A stretch of 64,000 nt of DNA from Sulfolobales archaeon (lineage in GTDB: Archaea; Thermoproteota; Thermoprotei_A; Sulfolobales; AG1). Position 1 is the stretch's first letter, and each line of letters opens with the position of its first letter. Both the position numbers and the translations under genes were made by a program. The stretch lies in assembly GCA_038867615.1 (NCBI GenBank), contig JAWBYA010000006.1, positions 1 to 64,000 of the forward strand, given 5' to 3'. The notes below the pieces were generated by a model, which ran no database searches, was not told the origin of the DNA, and saw nothing but the letters and a program-made list of their open reading frames with translations. Positions 10,761 through 21,372 of the stretch are shown in pieces.

Positions 10761-10794
10761 TATACAGCTTACTATATTGTTTAACAGCTGTATA
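10761..10794. promoter_or_regulatory. 9-bp inverted repeat upstream of the Psr-like operon (possible operator)
   Basis: TATACAGCT-N16-AGCTGTATA. Confidence 0.35.
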
Positions 10795-10908
10795 ATAATT
10801 ACAACTTAATAATACAGATCCATGAAGTGTTACGAATTTTTTTATAGGTTTATTGGGATCTATAATAATCCTTAATAATGCTGAAGGAATAATTTTAGGG
10901 GATCCTTA

Positions 10909-13440
10909 TTGAACAGTGAGGTTATGAAAACGCGTAGAAGGGATTTTATCAAGCTGTCTGCTGCGTCTACTATAGCAGCTCTAACGATGCTCAGCATACA
11001 GCCCCACAGCGTTGTCAGCAAAATGCTGGCAAAGCAGCTGCTATTAGAAGAGGCTTCTAAGACCCCTCTGGAGGGTTTAAGGTTTGTTAAAACATTCTGC
11101 GGCATGTGTGTAGCTTGTTGCGGTATCCAGGTAGGTGTTGATGGTAATGGTAGACCTAGAGTAGTCTTACCCATAACAAAGCATGCCCAGAGAGGTCTGT
11201 GTGGCAGGAGCGCTAGTTCCGTGTGGCTTTGGAATAATCCTCTGAGGCTCAAGAAACCCATGGCTAACGAGAGGAAAGGCGAGGCGATGTTCAAGGAAGT
11301 TAGCTGGGATCATGCTCTGGATGGCATAGCATCGAAACTTAGAGAGATAGTTAATAAATACGGATATAGAGCCATAGCTATAGCGTTTCATGATGTATGG
11401 TCTTACTACATGCCCTTATTCTCCTACCTCTTTGGAACTCCCAACACTGTATCCGTTCTTGGTACATGTGCCGGAAACGGTAACATAGCCAGAGCACATG
11501 TCCTAGGCGCGGGACCACCTTTCAGCGTCGACCCCGATTATGAAAACGCCAGCTTCATACTCTTCATAGGAAGGGCCTTAAGCGCGGCTAGCATGGGTGC
11601 TGCGAATAGAGCCATGACCAACGAGGGGCTAGAGATAGTCATTGTCGATCCCAGAATGCCTGAGATGGCTTTTGGAAACGCTAGATGGGTACCCATAACA
11701 CCTGGAACCGACGCTGCCTTTGCACTAAGCATCATACATGTCCTTCTAGAAGAAGGTCTTTATGACGAGGGCTTTCTCAAGAAGTACTCGAACGCACCAT
11801 TCCTCATAAAGCCTGATGGCAAACCCCTAACAGAAGCAGATATAGTTGAGGGCGGAGATCCCAAGAAATACCTCGTCTTCGACGCTAAGGAGAAGAAGCC
11901 TGTAGATCATAGAGCAGCTCTAGACCCAGACCTATGGTATGTTGGCGAAGTAACCCTCAAAGACGGAAGCAAGATCACAGTCAAAACAGCCCTAACACTC
12001 CTAAAAGAAAGAGCATCGAATTACAAGCCCGAAATAGCTGAAAAGATTACTGGGATTAAGGCTGAGGATATAAGATGGATCGCTAGAAAACTAGCATTGA
12101 GAAATGGCGTTGTTGATGACACATGGTGGGCGGCTAAGAGCGGGAATGATTATAATGATATACGGGCTTTTCTAATCATTAACGCATTGCTAGGCAATAT
12201 AGATAGACCTGGAGGCCTATGCTACCAAGAGCCCTCGAGATTCCCTTCAATAATATCGGTTAAAACCGTTGAGGGTAAGAGGGTTGCTGAGACGATCTAT
12301 GGAGCAGCCATGCCTGAAGAGCTATTCGGAGATGTAGATAGACCGAGGGTTGATAGGGCTAAGTACCCACTAACCCCCTCAACATCTGACGCAGTTCTAG
12401 ACGCTATATTGGAGGAAAAGCCCTACCCGATCAAGGCTCTGTTTGTAATGGGAACTAGCATGATAATGAGGGATATGAATACGAAGAAAGTTATAGAGGC
12501 TCTCAAAAAGCTCGACCTACTGGTTGTGATAGACGTACTACCCATAGACGATATTGACTATGCTGACTACGTTTTACCCGACACGATCTTCCTTGAGAGG
12601 GACGAGATCACGTTCACTAAATGGACTCTCCATGCCTCTGTGCAGAAGCAGTCCAAGGTTGTTGATCCCCCGAAGGGTGTTGATGCTAGAGACGCCCTCT
12701 GGATCATGTTCGAGATAGCTAGAAGAGCATTCCCAGAGAGGGCTAAAGCCCTTGGATGGGATGATAAATATGCGGATTACGAAGCTTATAGAAGGGAATT
12801 CCTACCAAAGCTTGAAAAAGCAATAATATCCAGGCTTGCCGCAGCATGGAATATCGATGTGGAAAAGCTTAGAGAAGCTCTCGACAACGAGGGCTACTAT
12901 CTGTTAAAGAAGAAGGAGTATTATGTGAGACCATATAAAACATCGATCCCAACGCCCTCGGGTAAGGTGGAGATATACTCCTTAGCAGCCCTAGCAGCAG
13001 GTCTAGACCCACTACCAGACTACAAACCTCCATCATATGCATTGCCAAAAGCGCCGGACGAGTTCTATCTGGTCAGCGGCAAAGGCCCGCTCACATCGGT
13101 CCACGCATGCATGCTAGAGCCCATGAAGTTTATCGAGGATAGGAGTGTCTGGATGAACCCGAAGGATGCCGAGAGGCTTGGGATAAGTGACGGAGATATC
13201 GTGGAGCTAGAGGGCATAGAGACTGGGTGGAAGGCTAGAGTGAGGGTTAAAGTGACCGAAAGGGTTAGGGAGGGTGTTCTCTTTGCATATGCCAATATGT
13301 GGGGTAGGATATCGAAATTCCTACCAGAGGATCACTTCGTCAAAGAAGGCGTGAATCCCAACTGGTTCGTCAAAGATCGCGTAACACCCATAGTGGGTGG
13401 GGGTGTTGGAAACAGTAGTGTGAGGGTGAGGAAGCTATGA
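10909..13440 (+). CDS. Tat-exported molybdopterin oxidoreductase catalytic subunit (polysulfide/thiosulfate/sulfur reductase-like)
   Basis: RRRDFIK Tat motif, CGMCxxxC...C Fe-S motif, PGTDAA, ADYVLP, C-terminal molybdopterin dinucleotide domain (MNPKDA). Confidence 0.88.
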   Translation: MNSEVMKTRRRDFIKLSAASTIAALTMLSIQPHSVVSKMLAKQLLLEEASKTPLEGLRFVKTFCGMCVACCGIQVGVDGNGRPRVVLPITKHAQRGLCGRSASSVWLWNNPLRLKKPMANERKGEAMFKEVSWDHALDGIASKLREIVNKYGYRAIAIAFHDVWSYYMPLFSYLFGTPNTVSVLGTCAGNGNIARAHVLGAGPPFSVDPDYENASFILFIGRALSAASMGAANRAMTNEGLEIVIVDPRMPEMAFGNARWVPITPGTDAAFALSIIHVLLEEGLYDEGFLKKYSNAPFLIKPDGKPLTEADIVEGGDPKKYLVFDAKEKKPVDHRAALDPDLWYVGEVTLKDGSKITVKTALTLLKERASNYKPEIAEKITGIKAEDIRWIARKLALRNGVVDDTWWAAKSGNDYNDIRAFLIINALLGNIDRPGGLCYQEPSRFPSIISVKTVEGKRVAETIYGAAMPEELFGDVDRPRVDRAKYPLTPSTSDAVLDAILEEKPYPIKALFVMGTSMIMRDMNTKKVIEALKKLDLLVVIDVLPIDDIDYADYVLPDTIFLERDEITFTKWTLHASVQKQSKVVDPPKGVDARDALWIMFEIARRAFPERAKALGWDDKYADYEAYRREFLPKLEKAIISRLAAAWNIDVEKLREALDNEGYYLLKKKEYYVRPYKTSIPTPSGKVEIYSLAALAAGLDPLPDYKPPSYALPKAPDEFYLVSGKGPLTSVHACMLEPMKFIEDRSVWMNPKDAERLGISDGDIVELEGIETGWKARVRVKVTERVREGVLFAYANMWGRISKFLPEDHFVKEGVNPNWFVKDRVTPIVGGGVGNSSVRVRKL

Positions 13441-14009
13441 GGCTCGCATATGTTTGGGATTCTCGTAGATGCATAGCATGCAGAGCATGCATAGTGGCAT
13501 GCTCCTCAGCAAACTACCCAGAGCTTGCAACAGACGCTAAACCCAACCCGCAGTGGAACTGGATTGCTAGCAACATAAGGGCTGTTGTTAGAGAGAAGGG
13601 AGGCAGACCTATACTAAGGCTTCTATCATGTCAGCACTGTGAGAATCCGCCATGCGTGCACTCATGCCCAACTGGGGCTAGCTATATAGATAGAAGAACA
13701 GGCCTCGTGAGGATCGATTATGAGAAGTGCATAGGATGCAAGACATGCTTAGTAGCATGCCCATATGGGGCTAGATGGCTAAACCCAGTAACAATGCTTC
13801 CCGAGAAATGCCCAGGTCCCTTCTGCTCCAAGCTAATCGAGAATGGCCTGAACCCGGTGTGTGTTGAGGTATGCCCAGCAGGGGCGAGGTATTTCGGAGA
13901 CCTCGACGATCCCGAGTCGCCTGTGAATGAGGTGCTTAGAAAGCACAGGGTTGAGAGAATGTTGGAGCACGTAGGCACTAGTCCTAAGTGGTTTGTGATC
14001 ACGGGGTGA
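13437..14009 (+). CDS. 4Fe-4S electron-transfer subunit (PsrB/DmsB-like)
   Basis: CxxCxxCxxxC, CQHCENPPCxxxCP and CIGCKTCxxACP motifs. Confidence 0.9.
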   Translation: MRLAYVWDSRRCIACRACIVACSSANYPELATDAKPNPQWNWIASNIRAVVREKGGRPILRLLSCQHCENPPCVHSCPTGASYIDRRTGLVRIDYEKCIGCKTCLVACPYGARWLNPVTMLPEKCPGPFCSKLIENGLNPVCVEVCPAGARYFGDLDDPESPVNEVLRKHRVERMLEHVGTSPKWFVITG

Positions 14010-14014
14010 TCTAG

Positions 14015-15166
14015 ATGGCAGGGGCTAAGATGGATCTCAAGAGGCTGACGGCTATAGGGATCCCGATAGTCCTCATAATAGTGGGCTTAGCTATGGTGGC
14101 TTACGGCTTTACTAAGAAAGATGTGCATGCTATAAACTGGGGATTGTTGAACGCTGGCTACACCTACCTAGCCCTAGTGGCTGGAGGCTCTATCCTTGTT
14201 TGGGGCGCCTTGATACTCGGTTATAAAGGACCTAAAGGCGAGCTTAGCAAAACGGCCAGGCTTGGTCTGCTATTCTCCATAGTAAGCCTAATATGCGCTT
14301 TACTCATAATAACAGTAGAGGTAACCAGACCAACAGCGTTCTGGCGGATATTCACAGGCTTCAACCCGATCTCTAGAGTAGCTTGGGACGCTCCACTCAT
14401 AACAGGATACATTATAATCCTAGCTATACAGCTGATCCTCATGATAAGGACCGCTGAGAAAGGTTTGGGAAGGGCTGAGCTAGCCCTGGCAGCCCTTGGA
14501 CTAATAGTTGCCGTGATATTCTATAGCAACCTAGCCCAGGTCTACGGCTCCATGGTTGCAGTGCCTGGATGGTATGGAGCCTACCTAGTACCATACTTCC
14601 TAGTAAGTGCGATCCTCCTAGGAGCGGCTGGGTACGTCGTATTCACAGCACCATATATCTGGAGAGACGGAGAGCTCAAGAGCTTCACCGCCTACTACTA
14701 CGGCCTGGTAATAGCTTCCTCAGTGCTCTTACTAGGACTTCTGACAATGTGGAACGTGGTGACAGCATGGTATAACCCGCAAGCATGGGCTACATATAGC
14801 ATGTTAGTAGGGGGCGCGTATTCCGCATTATTCTGGGGAGTAGTTATAGCCCTAGGAGTTATAGCTACATTTGCACTAGCACTATACGCCGCTATTAAGA
14901 GGAACATTACAGCAATACTATCCGCATCAACACTAGCACTAATAGCCGGGTTTATAAACATATATCTAACCATAGTCGTCCACCAAACCAAAGTACCCGA
15001 GATCATAAGCAGCCTCTACAGAGTAGCAGAATACTACGTATCAACATCCGAAGCCTTCATACTACTCGGAGCACTCATAATATGGCCCTCACTATACGCA
15101 CTAGGCCGAGCACTGCTACCACTACTACCAGAAGAAAAGCCAAAGAGACTCCTCATATTCAAATAA
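14015..15166 (+). CDS. nrfD: NrfD/PsrC-family membrane anchor
   Basis: WGL..YxY, RP..FW...NP.S..AWD, about 10 TM helices; operon position. Confidence 0.85.
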   Translation: MAGAKMDLKRLTAIGIPIVLIIVGLAMVAYGFTKKDVHAINWGLLNAGYTYLALVAGGSILVWGALILGYKGPKGELSKTARLGLLFSIVSLICALLIITVEVTRPTAFWRIFTGFNPISRVAWDAPLITGYIIILAIQLILMIRTAEKGLGRAELALAALGLIVAVIFYSNLAQVYGSMVAVPGWYGAYLVPYFLVSAILLGAAGYVVFTAPYIWRDGELKSFTAYYYGLVIASSVLLLGLLTMWNVVTAWYNPQAWATYSMLVGGAYSALFWGVVIALGVIATFALALYAAIKRNITAILSASTLALIAGFINIYLTIVVHQTKVPEIISSLYRVAEYYVSTSEAFILLGALIIWPSLYALGRALLPLLPEEKPKRLLIFK

Positions 15167-15223
15167 AAATAACCCAAACCAAACAATCCCTTTTTTATCC
15201 AATCTATCTCCACACCTGGGAAA

Positions 15224-15569
15224 CCGTTTGTCCCTGGATGTTCATCCCAATCATTTTTTTATTCATGGTCCATCCAGGGACTTCCACCTCAACCCTCAGG
15301 ATCTCTGATCCTGTGGGGTCATGGGCGGCCGTCGAGCCGAACGGCATGTGGCTCCCATCTAGCTTGCTCCCCGGATGGCTTGGAGCGCTGCTCTCATCAC
15401 CACCCAGGGCTTGTGTGGGGAGACCCACACTGGGGACGATATCTTTCAAAGCTTATAAATATCCTTAGGTGTTGGCGGGAGAGTGGCTTTCGGGCATGTC
15501 GCTCCCAATACTTATAAAAATTTCCAAAACCTATTAATCCTCACTATGCATATCAAAAAGAGAACAGCC
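15224..15569 (-). mobile_element. non-autonomous IS607-type mini-element (family A) retaining the omegaRNA and right end; left boundary tentative
   Basis: Homologous to nt 84-252 (AAGCCCTGGGTGGTGATG...CAGGGACAAACGG). No nuclease ORF. Internal TATA (TTTATAAG) upstream of the RNA region. Putative left end GGCTGTTCTCT. Confidence 0.72.
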
Positions 15570-15950
15570 CATAGACAGATTTTCCAGGCTTCTATTCATG
15601 AAACCCAAACGCTATTAGCTGTTGATATTGTTTTTATACCAATCACACGCTCCCTCGATCCCATAGACCTCGATGTAAGGATAACCCCTGATCCATAGCT
15701 GTGAGGGTATTGATTCTCCATAGATAATCGATAACCGGTATCGATTATTTAAAGCTTTTATTAAACCCGGGCGGATCGGCGTGGTTATTAAAAACGCGAT
15801 GCCGGTATACATAGCATCCCAGATAGATAGAAGTGCTAGTATATTGTTCCACACATCTATAGTAAAGTTATAACAATTATATGCATACTTATTAAGATCA
15901 ATACTAGTCCTTATAAGCTTAGATATGATTTTGGATTCGGTGAATTAATA

Positions 15951-16628
15951 GTGCCTAATGAAATTTCCCGACGTGAAGTTATCAAGGCTTTAGCCGGCTC
16001 AGCTGTCGCCCTCGCAGTCCCCTTCGCAGCGGCTAAGAGCGGGGCTCTCGTTGTTGCTGAGGATCGCGAGACTGGGAAGCATAGGTGGGCTATGTATATT
16101 GATGTTAGCAAGTGCTACGGCTGCATGGCCTGTGTCGTTGCGTGTGCGGCTGAGAACAACGTCCCCATAGGGTCTTTCAGGACATGGGTTGAGAGGCATA
16201 TCACTGGCAATGGTGTTGTTATGTTTGTCCCCAAGCAGTGTAACCACTGCGATAACCCTCCCTGTGTTAAGCCATGCCCTACTGGGGCTACTTTTAAGAA
16301 CAAGGATGGCTTGGTTCTCGTTGATGATAGCCTCTGCATAGGCTGCGGCGCCTGCATACAGGCTTGCCCCTACGGGGCTAGGTATTTCAACCCGATAAAG
16401 GGTGTTGCTGATAAATGCACCTTCTGCAACCACAGGATAAACATGGGTCTCCTACCAGCATGTGTCGAAGCCTGCCCCACTGGAGCAAGGGTTTTCGGAG
16501 ATCTCAAAGATCCTGAATCCCCTGTATCAAAGATCCTTGCTAAGACAGCGACCCAGAGGCTTAAGATAGAGGCCGGGACAGAGCCAATGATATTCTATAG
16601 AGATCTCCCGGAGGTGGCTAACAAATGA
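15951..16628 (+). CDS. ttrB: TtrB-like 4Fe-4S subunit with Tat signal
   Basis: SRREVIK Tat motif; four Cys clusters; ADKCTFC. Confidence 0.82.
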   Translation: MPNEISRREVIKALAGSAVALAVPFAAAKSGALVVAEDRETGKHRWAMYIDVSKCYGCMACVVACAAENNVPIGSFRTWVERHITGNGVVMFVPKQCNHCDNPPCVKPCPTGATFKNKDGLVLVDDSLCIGCGACIQACPYGARYFNPIKGVADKCTFCNHRINMGLLPACVEACPTGARVFGDLKDPESPVSKILAKTATQRLKIEAGTEPMIFYRDLPEVANK

Positions 16629-17755
16629 GCTACCCAACATACCCCTCAGGCTATTGGTACCCCAACGACTTTGCAGAGCCAGTAACATGGCTGCCTGTGG
16701 TATTCGCATACTCTATAATGGTATCAGGGGCTGCAATGCTATTCCTAGCATATATAGCCTATCTACTCAACAGGTTTAAAGAAGTAATACCCCACATGCT
16801 GGTAGTCGGTCTCTCATTATTCCTAGTGATACTCCTAGGACCCCTAGCCGATCTAAGGGCTCCTGATAATGCATGGAGAATGATGGTAAGCCCACGCATA
16901 CTACCCACCGATGCTAACCCGGGCTTCTCCGTAATGGCCTTCCAAGGATCTATCACATGGCCCCTAGTAACCCTGATCTCTATAGCCTTTACCCTGCTAT
17001 ACTTCTCCTACCCACTATATGTGAGGTATAGAGAGACAGGGAACCCTCTATATAGAATACTATCCCTAGGGATCTCTAGTGAGAAGAGCTACGCCGCTCT
17101 AGAAAAGCCCCTCAAGATCCTAGCCCTAGTGGGATCCATAATACTTGTAACCTGGCTAGTATATCCCGCAACACTCTTCATGCAGACATATAACTTCGTG
17201 TGGATAAACTCAATGCTACTCCCAATCATATTCTTCACAGAGTATCTCTTGATAGATATAAGTATAATAGTACTGCTACTCTGGATCATAGGGGCCGCCA
17301 AGCCCTGGCTCAACGCAATAAGATCCCTATCAACTATTATAGCTATAGCATCAGCCTCAGCAATAGTAGCCCTAACACTTCAAACCGGGATCTGGTTCCT
17401 CAAATTCGGAGGCTCGCCCTACTATTCATCGTTCACCCACCTCTACAGCCTTATCACCATAGCCGTAGCACTATACATCATAGCCCTCGTCCTATCACTC
17501 CTATCAAACCGCTATATACCGCTATCAATAATAGCCTCTATAGCCGGGATCGCTGGGGTTATAATCAATAGATGGAACTTCATAGTAAAGGCCCAAGAGA
17601 TCCCGAGAACAGGGTTGGGAGTTGTAGAAGTACCTATACCCCCCATAGAATATGCCATGATAATCGGGCTCTTCAGCCTAGGCATATTCCTCATCATAGT
17701 GCTCAGCTCGATATTCCCCCTAAGCATAGGGGTAAAGAGAGGTGAGGGTCCATGA
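16625..17755 (+). CDS. nrfD: TtrC/NrfD-family membrane anchor
   Basis: GPLADLRAP...S.MA motif, multiple TM helices, lies between the Fe-S and catalytic subunits. Confidence 0.8.
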   Translation: MSYPTYPSGYWYPNDFAEPVTWLPVVFAYSIMVSGAAMLFLAYIAYLLNRFKEVIPHMLVVGLSLFLVILLGPLADLRAPDNAWRMMVSPRILPTDANPGFSVMAFQGSITWPLVTLISIAFTLLYFSYPLYVRYRETGNPLYRILSLGISSEKSYAALEKPLKILALVGSIILVTWLVYPATLFMQTYNFVWINSMLLPIIFFTEYLLIDISIIVLLLWIIGAAKPWLNAIRSLSTIIAIASASAIVALTLQTGIWFLKFGGSPYYSSFTHLYSLITIAVALYIIALVLSLLSNRYIPLSIIASIAGIAGVIINRWNFIVKAQEIPRTGLGVVEVPIPPIEYAMIIGLFSLGIFLIIVLSSIFPLSIGVKRGEGP

Positions 17756-20700
17756 GCATAAAGATCAGTAGGAGAACCTATATCAAAGGAGCCCTAGCAG
17801 CAGCGACTCTCGCAGTCTTTCTAGGAAGCTACTGGGAGGTTGCTGATAAGATTATAAGGCCTAAGAGGCAGTTCTACGAACCCGACCTCCAGTTCGGAGA
17901 CAACGTTAGATATGTCTACTCAACATGCCTAGGCTGTAACGTGAGGTGCGGTATCAGGGCACGTGTGGTGAGATACGGCGATGTCGAGGTTATCGAGAGG
18001 ATACTAGGCAACCCGTATCACCCATATAACAGGGCAGTATCCTTTGAGAAGCAGGTTAACGTCTACGAACACCTACCCTACGTAACCCCTGTTAAGGAGG
18101 CCCTGGAGAAGTGGAGTGGCAGACTATGCCCCAGAGGTGCTGACGGAATACACTATGTCTACGACCCATACAGGGTTCTCAAACCCCTTAGGAGGGCTGG
18201 CCCGAGGGGTAGTGGTAAGTGGAAGACCATAAGCTGGGAAGAGCTGATCAAATGTGTTGTCGAGGGCTGCACAATACCAGAGACCGGGGAGAGGCTTCCA
18301 GGCCTTAGAGAATTCTTCGCTTATGGAAAGCTTAGAGACGCGGGCTTCGAGGATCCCAACAAGGTTCTCTCAGACATTAAGAAGGATTCAGACGCTATAA
18401 TGGCTATGGCAAAGGATCCCACAAAAACCTACGACGATATAGTCAAAGCAATAGAGGATTTCAAAGCCAAGTGGTCCAGGATCCTGGGTGAGAGAGGGTT
18501 AAAGCTCGAAGATATACTCATAAACCCCGACAGACCAGACCTGGGAACCAAGGCTAACATGGTAATATGGCTCAGAGGCAGGGGCCAGGATAACGCAGAT
18601 ATCTTCTATAGAAGATGGCTCTACGCCCTCGGCAGCGTTAACTGGGCGAGACACACATCAGCATGCCAGCTGGGCTACTATGCTGGCAACTACCTCTGGT
18701 CCGGGTATTACGATCTACAGCCGGATCAGAGTGCAAAGGTATTAATAGTCGCCGGCGTAGAGATGGGGAGAGTCCATCCCGGAGCAACAGGGCAGGGTCT
18801 CCTTATAGAGAAGGCCGCTAATGGAGAGCTAAAGCTCTACTACGTCAACCCAGTAGCACCGAGAACAAGGGCTAGGGGTAACATAGTATGGGTTCCCATA
18901 AAGCCGGGCGAGGATACAGCCCTAGCATTCGCAATGATAAGATGGATGTTGGAGAACAAACGTTATAACGAGAGCTTCCTCTCAGCACCACACCTCAAAG
19001 CGGCTGAGAAGCTCGGCTACCCAGTCCACACAAACGCTACATGGCTCGTGATATCTGAGGAGGGTCACCCGAGGTTCGGCGAGTTCCTAAAGGCTAAGGA
19101 TGTCAAGCTCGAGGATTCGGAAAAAGCTGTAGTGTGGACTGGTAAGGAGTTCGCAGTATACGATTCCGTCGATAAGGCTGAACTCCTCTACGAGGGCAGA
19201 GTGACACTAGCCACGGGAGAGACTGTTACTGTTAAGACTGCTTTCAAGATACTCTACGACGAGGCTTTCAGCCGCACATTCGAAGAATGGCTCGCCATAG
19301 CAAGCCCCTACAAGCCGGGAACACCGGAGTTTATGGACTATGTTGAGACTGTGAAGACTATGATCAAGGACTTCGCAGATGCCGCCCCGATGGCTGCAAC
19401 ATGGATCCACAGGGGTGTTGCTATGCACTCAAGCGGCGAGTATATAGTGTGGAGCTACAGGATCCTGGACACACTTATAGGCAACTACCACAGGAAGGGA
19501 GGCCTGCTAGGGCGTCCTAGCACGACAAGCTATAACTCCTACCTCTACGATCTCGGGGACGCCGGGTTCGGAGAGCCTGTGAAATGGGGACCTCCCATAG
19601 GTAGGCATAAATATAGCTATGAAGACACACTTGAGTATTGGCTAAGAGTCAAGAAGGCCTTGAAAGAGGGTAAAACAGGCGTTGATGCCGTGAAAGAGGC
19701 ATTCCCAGCGAAGAGGCCTTGGTATCCACACACACCCGAGGAGATATATACCGAGATATTCGCCGGCATAGCCGAGGGATACCCATACCCCGCTGGAGCC
19801 CTAATACTCTACTACGCAAACCCCGTCCTATCCTCCAACTACGGGGCTAAGTATATCGAGGTGCTTAAGGATACTAAGAAGCTACCGCTATTCATAGGCA
19901 TAACCACCACGATTAACGAGACCTTCCTATATGCTGACTATATAGTGCCGGACACAACATACCTAGAAACCGGAACCCTCGGCGTCCAGTTCCTATACGC
20001 CGCTGGCCTTGGCGTCCGCATAGCTGAGGCCTGGCGCTCTCCCGTCATAATGCCGCTGACACAGTATATAGGTACATGCCCCAATGGGCATCCAAGATAT
20101 GCTTCTATGTGGGAGTTCCTGATCGACACTGCTAAAGCCCTCGGAATGCCGGGTCACGGGGATAAGGCGTTCAGGGGTACCAAGGGTAGGAAATACGAGG
20201 GCCAGTGGTTCTCAATGCACTGCCTGTGGGAGTATATCATGAGGGTATATGCTAATGCCGCGGTCCACGCAAAGGATCTCAAGATCATTCCCGAGAGCGT
20301 ACCAGCCGAGGAGGTCGGGTTTGTTGAGAAGAACTACCCAATAGCAAGGTTCAAAGACATACTACCCCCTGATGAGTGGGCATACGTAGCCTATGGACTG
20401 GCTAGGGGAGGTGTGTTCACAAGCTATGAGGACTCATTCGACGCCCGCGGAATATCAAAGCGCCCGGTACCCGGGGACAAGGTGCTCAAGTTCTGGAATG
20501 AAAAGCTAGCTAAGACGAAGAATAGCATTACGGGGGAGAAGTTCTACGGAGGCCCCAGATACTTCCCAGCAGCAACATACGCCCCCATACCAGGGCTTGC
20601 TCTCGCCGAGGCTAAGAAGGATAAATGGCTCCATGGAACACCCTTAAGGCAGGCCTATAAATATGAGGAGTGGCCCCTCACCCTCATCTTTGGCAGCGGC

Positions 20701-21288
20701 CCGTTGTTCACAAAGCATAGGAGCCAGTTCTACTACTGGTTAAAGCAGATAATGCCCGAGAACTTCGCCATAGTGAATCCAGAGGATGCCGCGAGATATG
20801 GCGTGGAGACAGGCGATATAATCAGGGTTGAGACTCCAGAGGGCTCTATAGAGGTGCCCGCAGTTGTTTCAACAGACGTAGCCCCTGGCTCTATCTATAT
20901 ACCCTATGGTATGGGTAGGTGGGCTGAGACAGTGACTGTCAAGCCTAAGTACTTTAAGATAAAGGGCTTCGAGAAGCTTGCCGACGAGATCCCGGAGCGT
21001 GTTGAGATACCTGAGGATGCTGTTAACCCCGTGAGAAAGCTTCCAAGCATTGTGAAGAAGATACTCTTCACCAAGAGCCCGGCCGAGTATTATGAGAAGG
21101 GTCTAGAGCCTGATAGATGGAGATTCAATGGAGTAACACCAAACCTAGTTGAAGCATCAGACCCCTCACTAAAAGGCTGGCCACTGCTAAGCTGGCTAGG
21201 CGGGGCTCAGACATATTACGAGACACCAGCACGCATAGCCAATACTGGTAGGAAGCACAAGTTCGAAGCCCCCTACATAGTCTGGTGA
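17752..21288 (+). CDS. ttrA: TtrA-like molybdopterin oxidoreductase (tetrathionate or archaeal arsenate reductase clade)
   Basis: SRRTYIK Tat motif, CLGCNVRCG, GNPYHP, LCPRG..YDPYRV..PLRRAGPRGSGKW, ADYIVPD; B-C-A gene order. Confidence 0.8.
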   Translation: MSIKISRRTYIKGALAAATLAVFLGSYWEVADKIIRPKRQFYEPDLQFGDNVRYVYSTCLGCNVRCGIRARVVRYGDVEVIERILGNPYHPYNRAVSFEKQVNVYEHLPYVTPVKEALEKWSGRLCPRGADGIHYVYDPYRVLKPLRRAGPRGSGKWKTISWEELIKCVVEGCTIPETGERLPGLREFFAYGKLRDAGFEDPNKVLSDIKKDSDAIMAMAKDPTKTYDDIVKAIEDFKAKWSRILGERGLKLEDILINPDRPDLGTKANMVIWLRGRGQDNADIFYRRWLYALGSVNWARHTSACQLGYYAGNYLWSGYYDLQPDQSAKVLIVAGVEMGRVHPGATGQGLLIEKAANGELKLYYVNPVAPRTRARGNIVWVPIKPGEDTALAFAMIRWMLENKRYNESFLSAPHLKAAEKLGYPVHTNATWLVISEEGHPRFGEFLKAKDVKLEDSEKAVVWTGKEFAVYDSVDKAELLYEGRVTLATGETVTVKTAFKILYDEAFSRTFEEWLAIASPYKPGTPEFMDYVETVKTMIKDFADAAPMAATWIHRGVAMHSSGEYIVWSYRILDTLIGNYHRKGGLLGRPSTTSYNSYLYDLGDAGFGEPVKWGPPIGRHKYSYEDTLEYWLRVKKALKEGKTGVDAVKEAFPAKRPWYPHTPEEIYTEIFAGIAEGYPYPAGALILYYANPVLSSNYGAKYIEVLKDTKKLPLFIGITTTINETFLYADYIVPDTTYLETGTLGVQFLYAAGLGVRIAEAWRSPVIMPLTQYIGTCPNGHPRYASMWEFLIDTAKALGMPGHGDKAFRGTKGRKYEGQWFSMHCLWEYIMRVYANAAVHAKDLKIIPESVPAEEVGFVEKNYPIARFKDILPPDEWAYVAYGLARGGVFTSYEDSFDARGISKRPVPGDKVLKFWNEKLAKTKNSITGEKFYGGPRYFPAATYAPIPGLALAEAKKDKWLHGTPLRQAYKYEEWPLTLIFGSGPLFTKHRSQFYYWLKQIMPENFAIVNPEDAARYGVETGDIIRVETPEGSIEVPAVVSTDVAPGSIYIPYGMGRWAETVTVKPKYFKIKGFEKLADEIPERVEIPEDAVNPVRKLPSIVKKILFTKSPAEYYEKGLEPDRWRFNGVTPNLVEASDPSLKGWPLLSWLGGAQTYYETPARIANTGRKHKFEAPYIVW

Positions 21289-21372
21289 TCCGAACCAGAA
21301 CAATAATTATAGTTTTTTCTCCCCAACCACTCTATATGTTTTTTCTATCTAATCTTCCAGCATGCTGAGTAT

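Noticed and set aside
15204-15449. 81-aa ORF (and the 99-aa ORF at 62299-62598)
   Set aside because: Residual tnpB-tail frames overlapping the omegaRNA; no catalytic motifs.
15595-15854. ATGAAACCCAAACGC resembling a family-B end, and a 79-aa ORF with GYPYIEVY
   Set aside because: Too short to support another element or a thioredoxin-like gene without a search.
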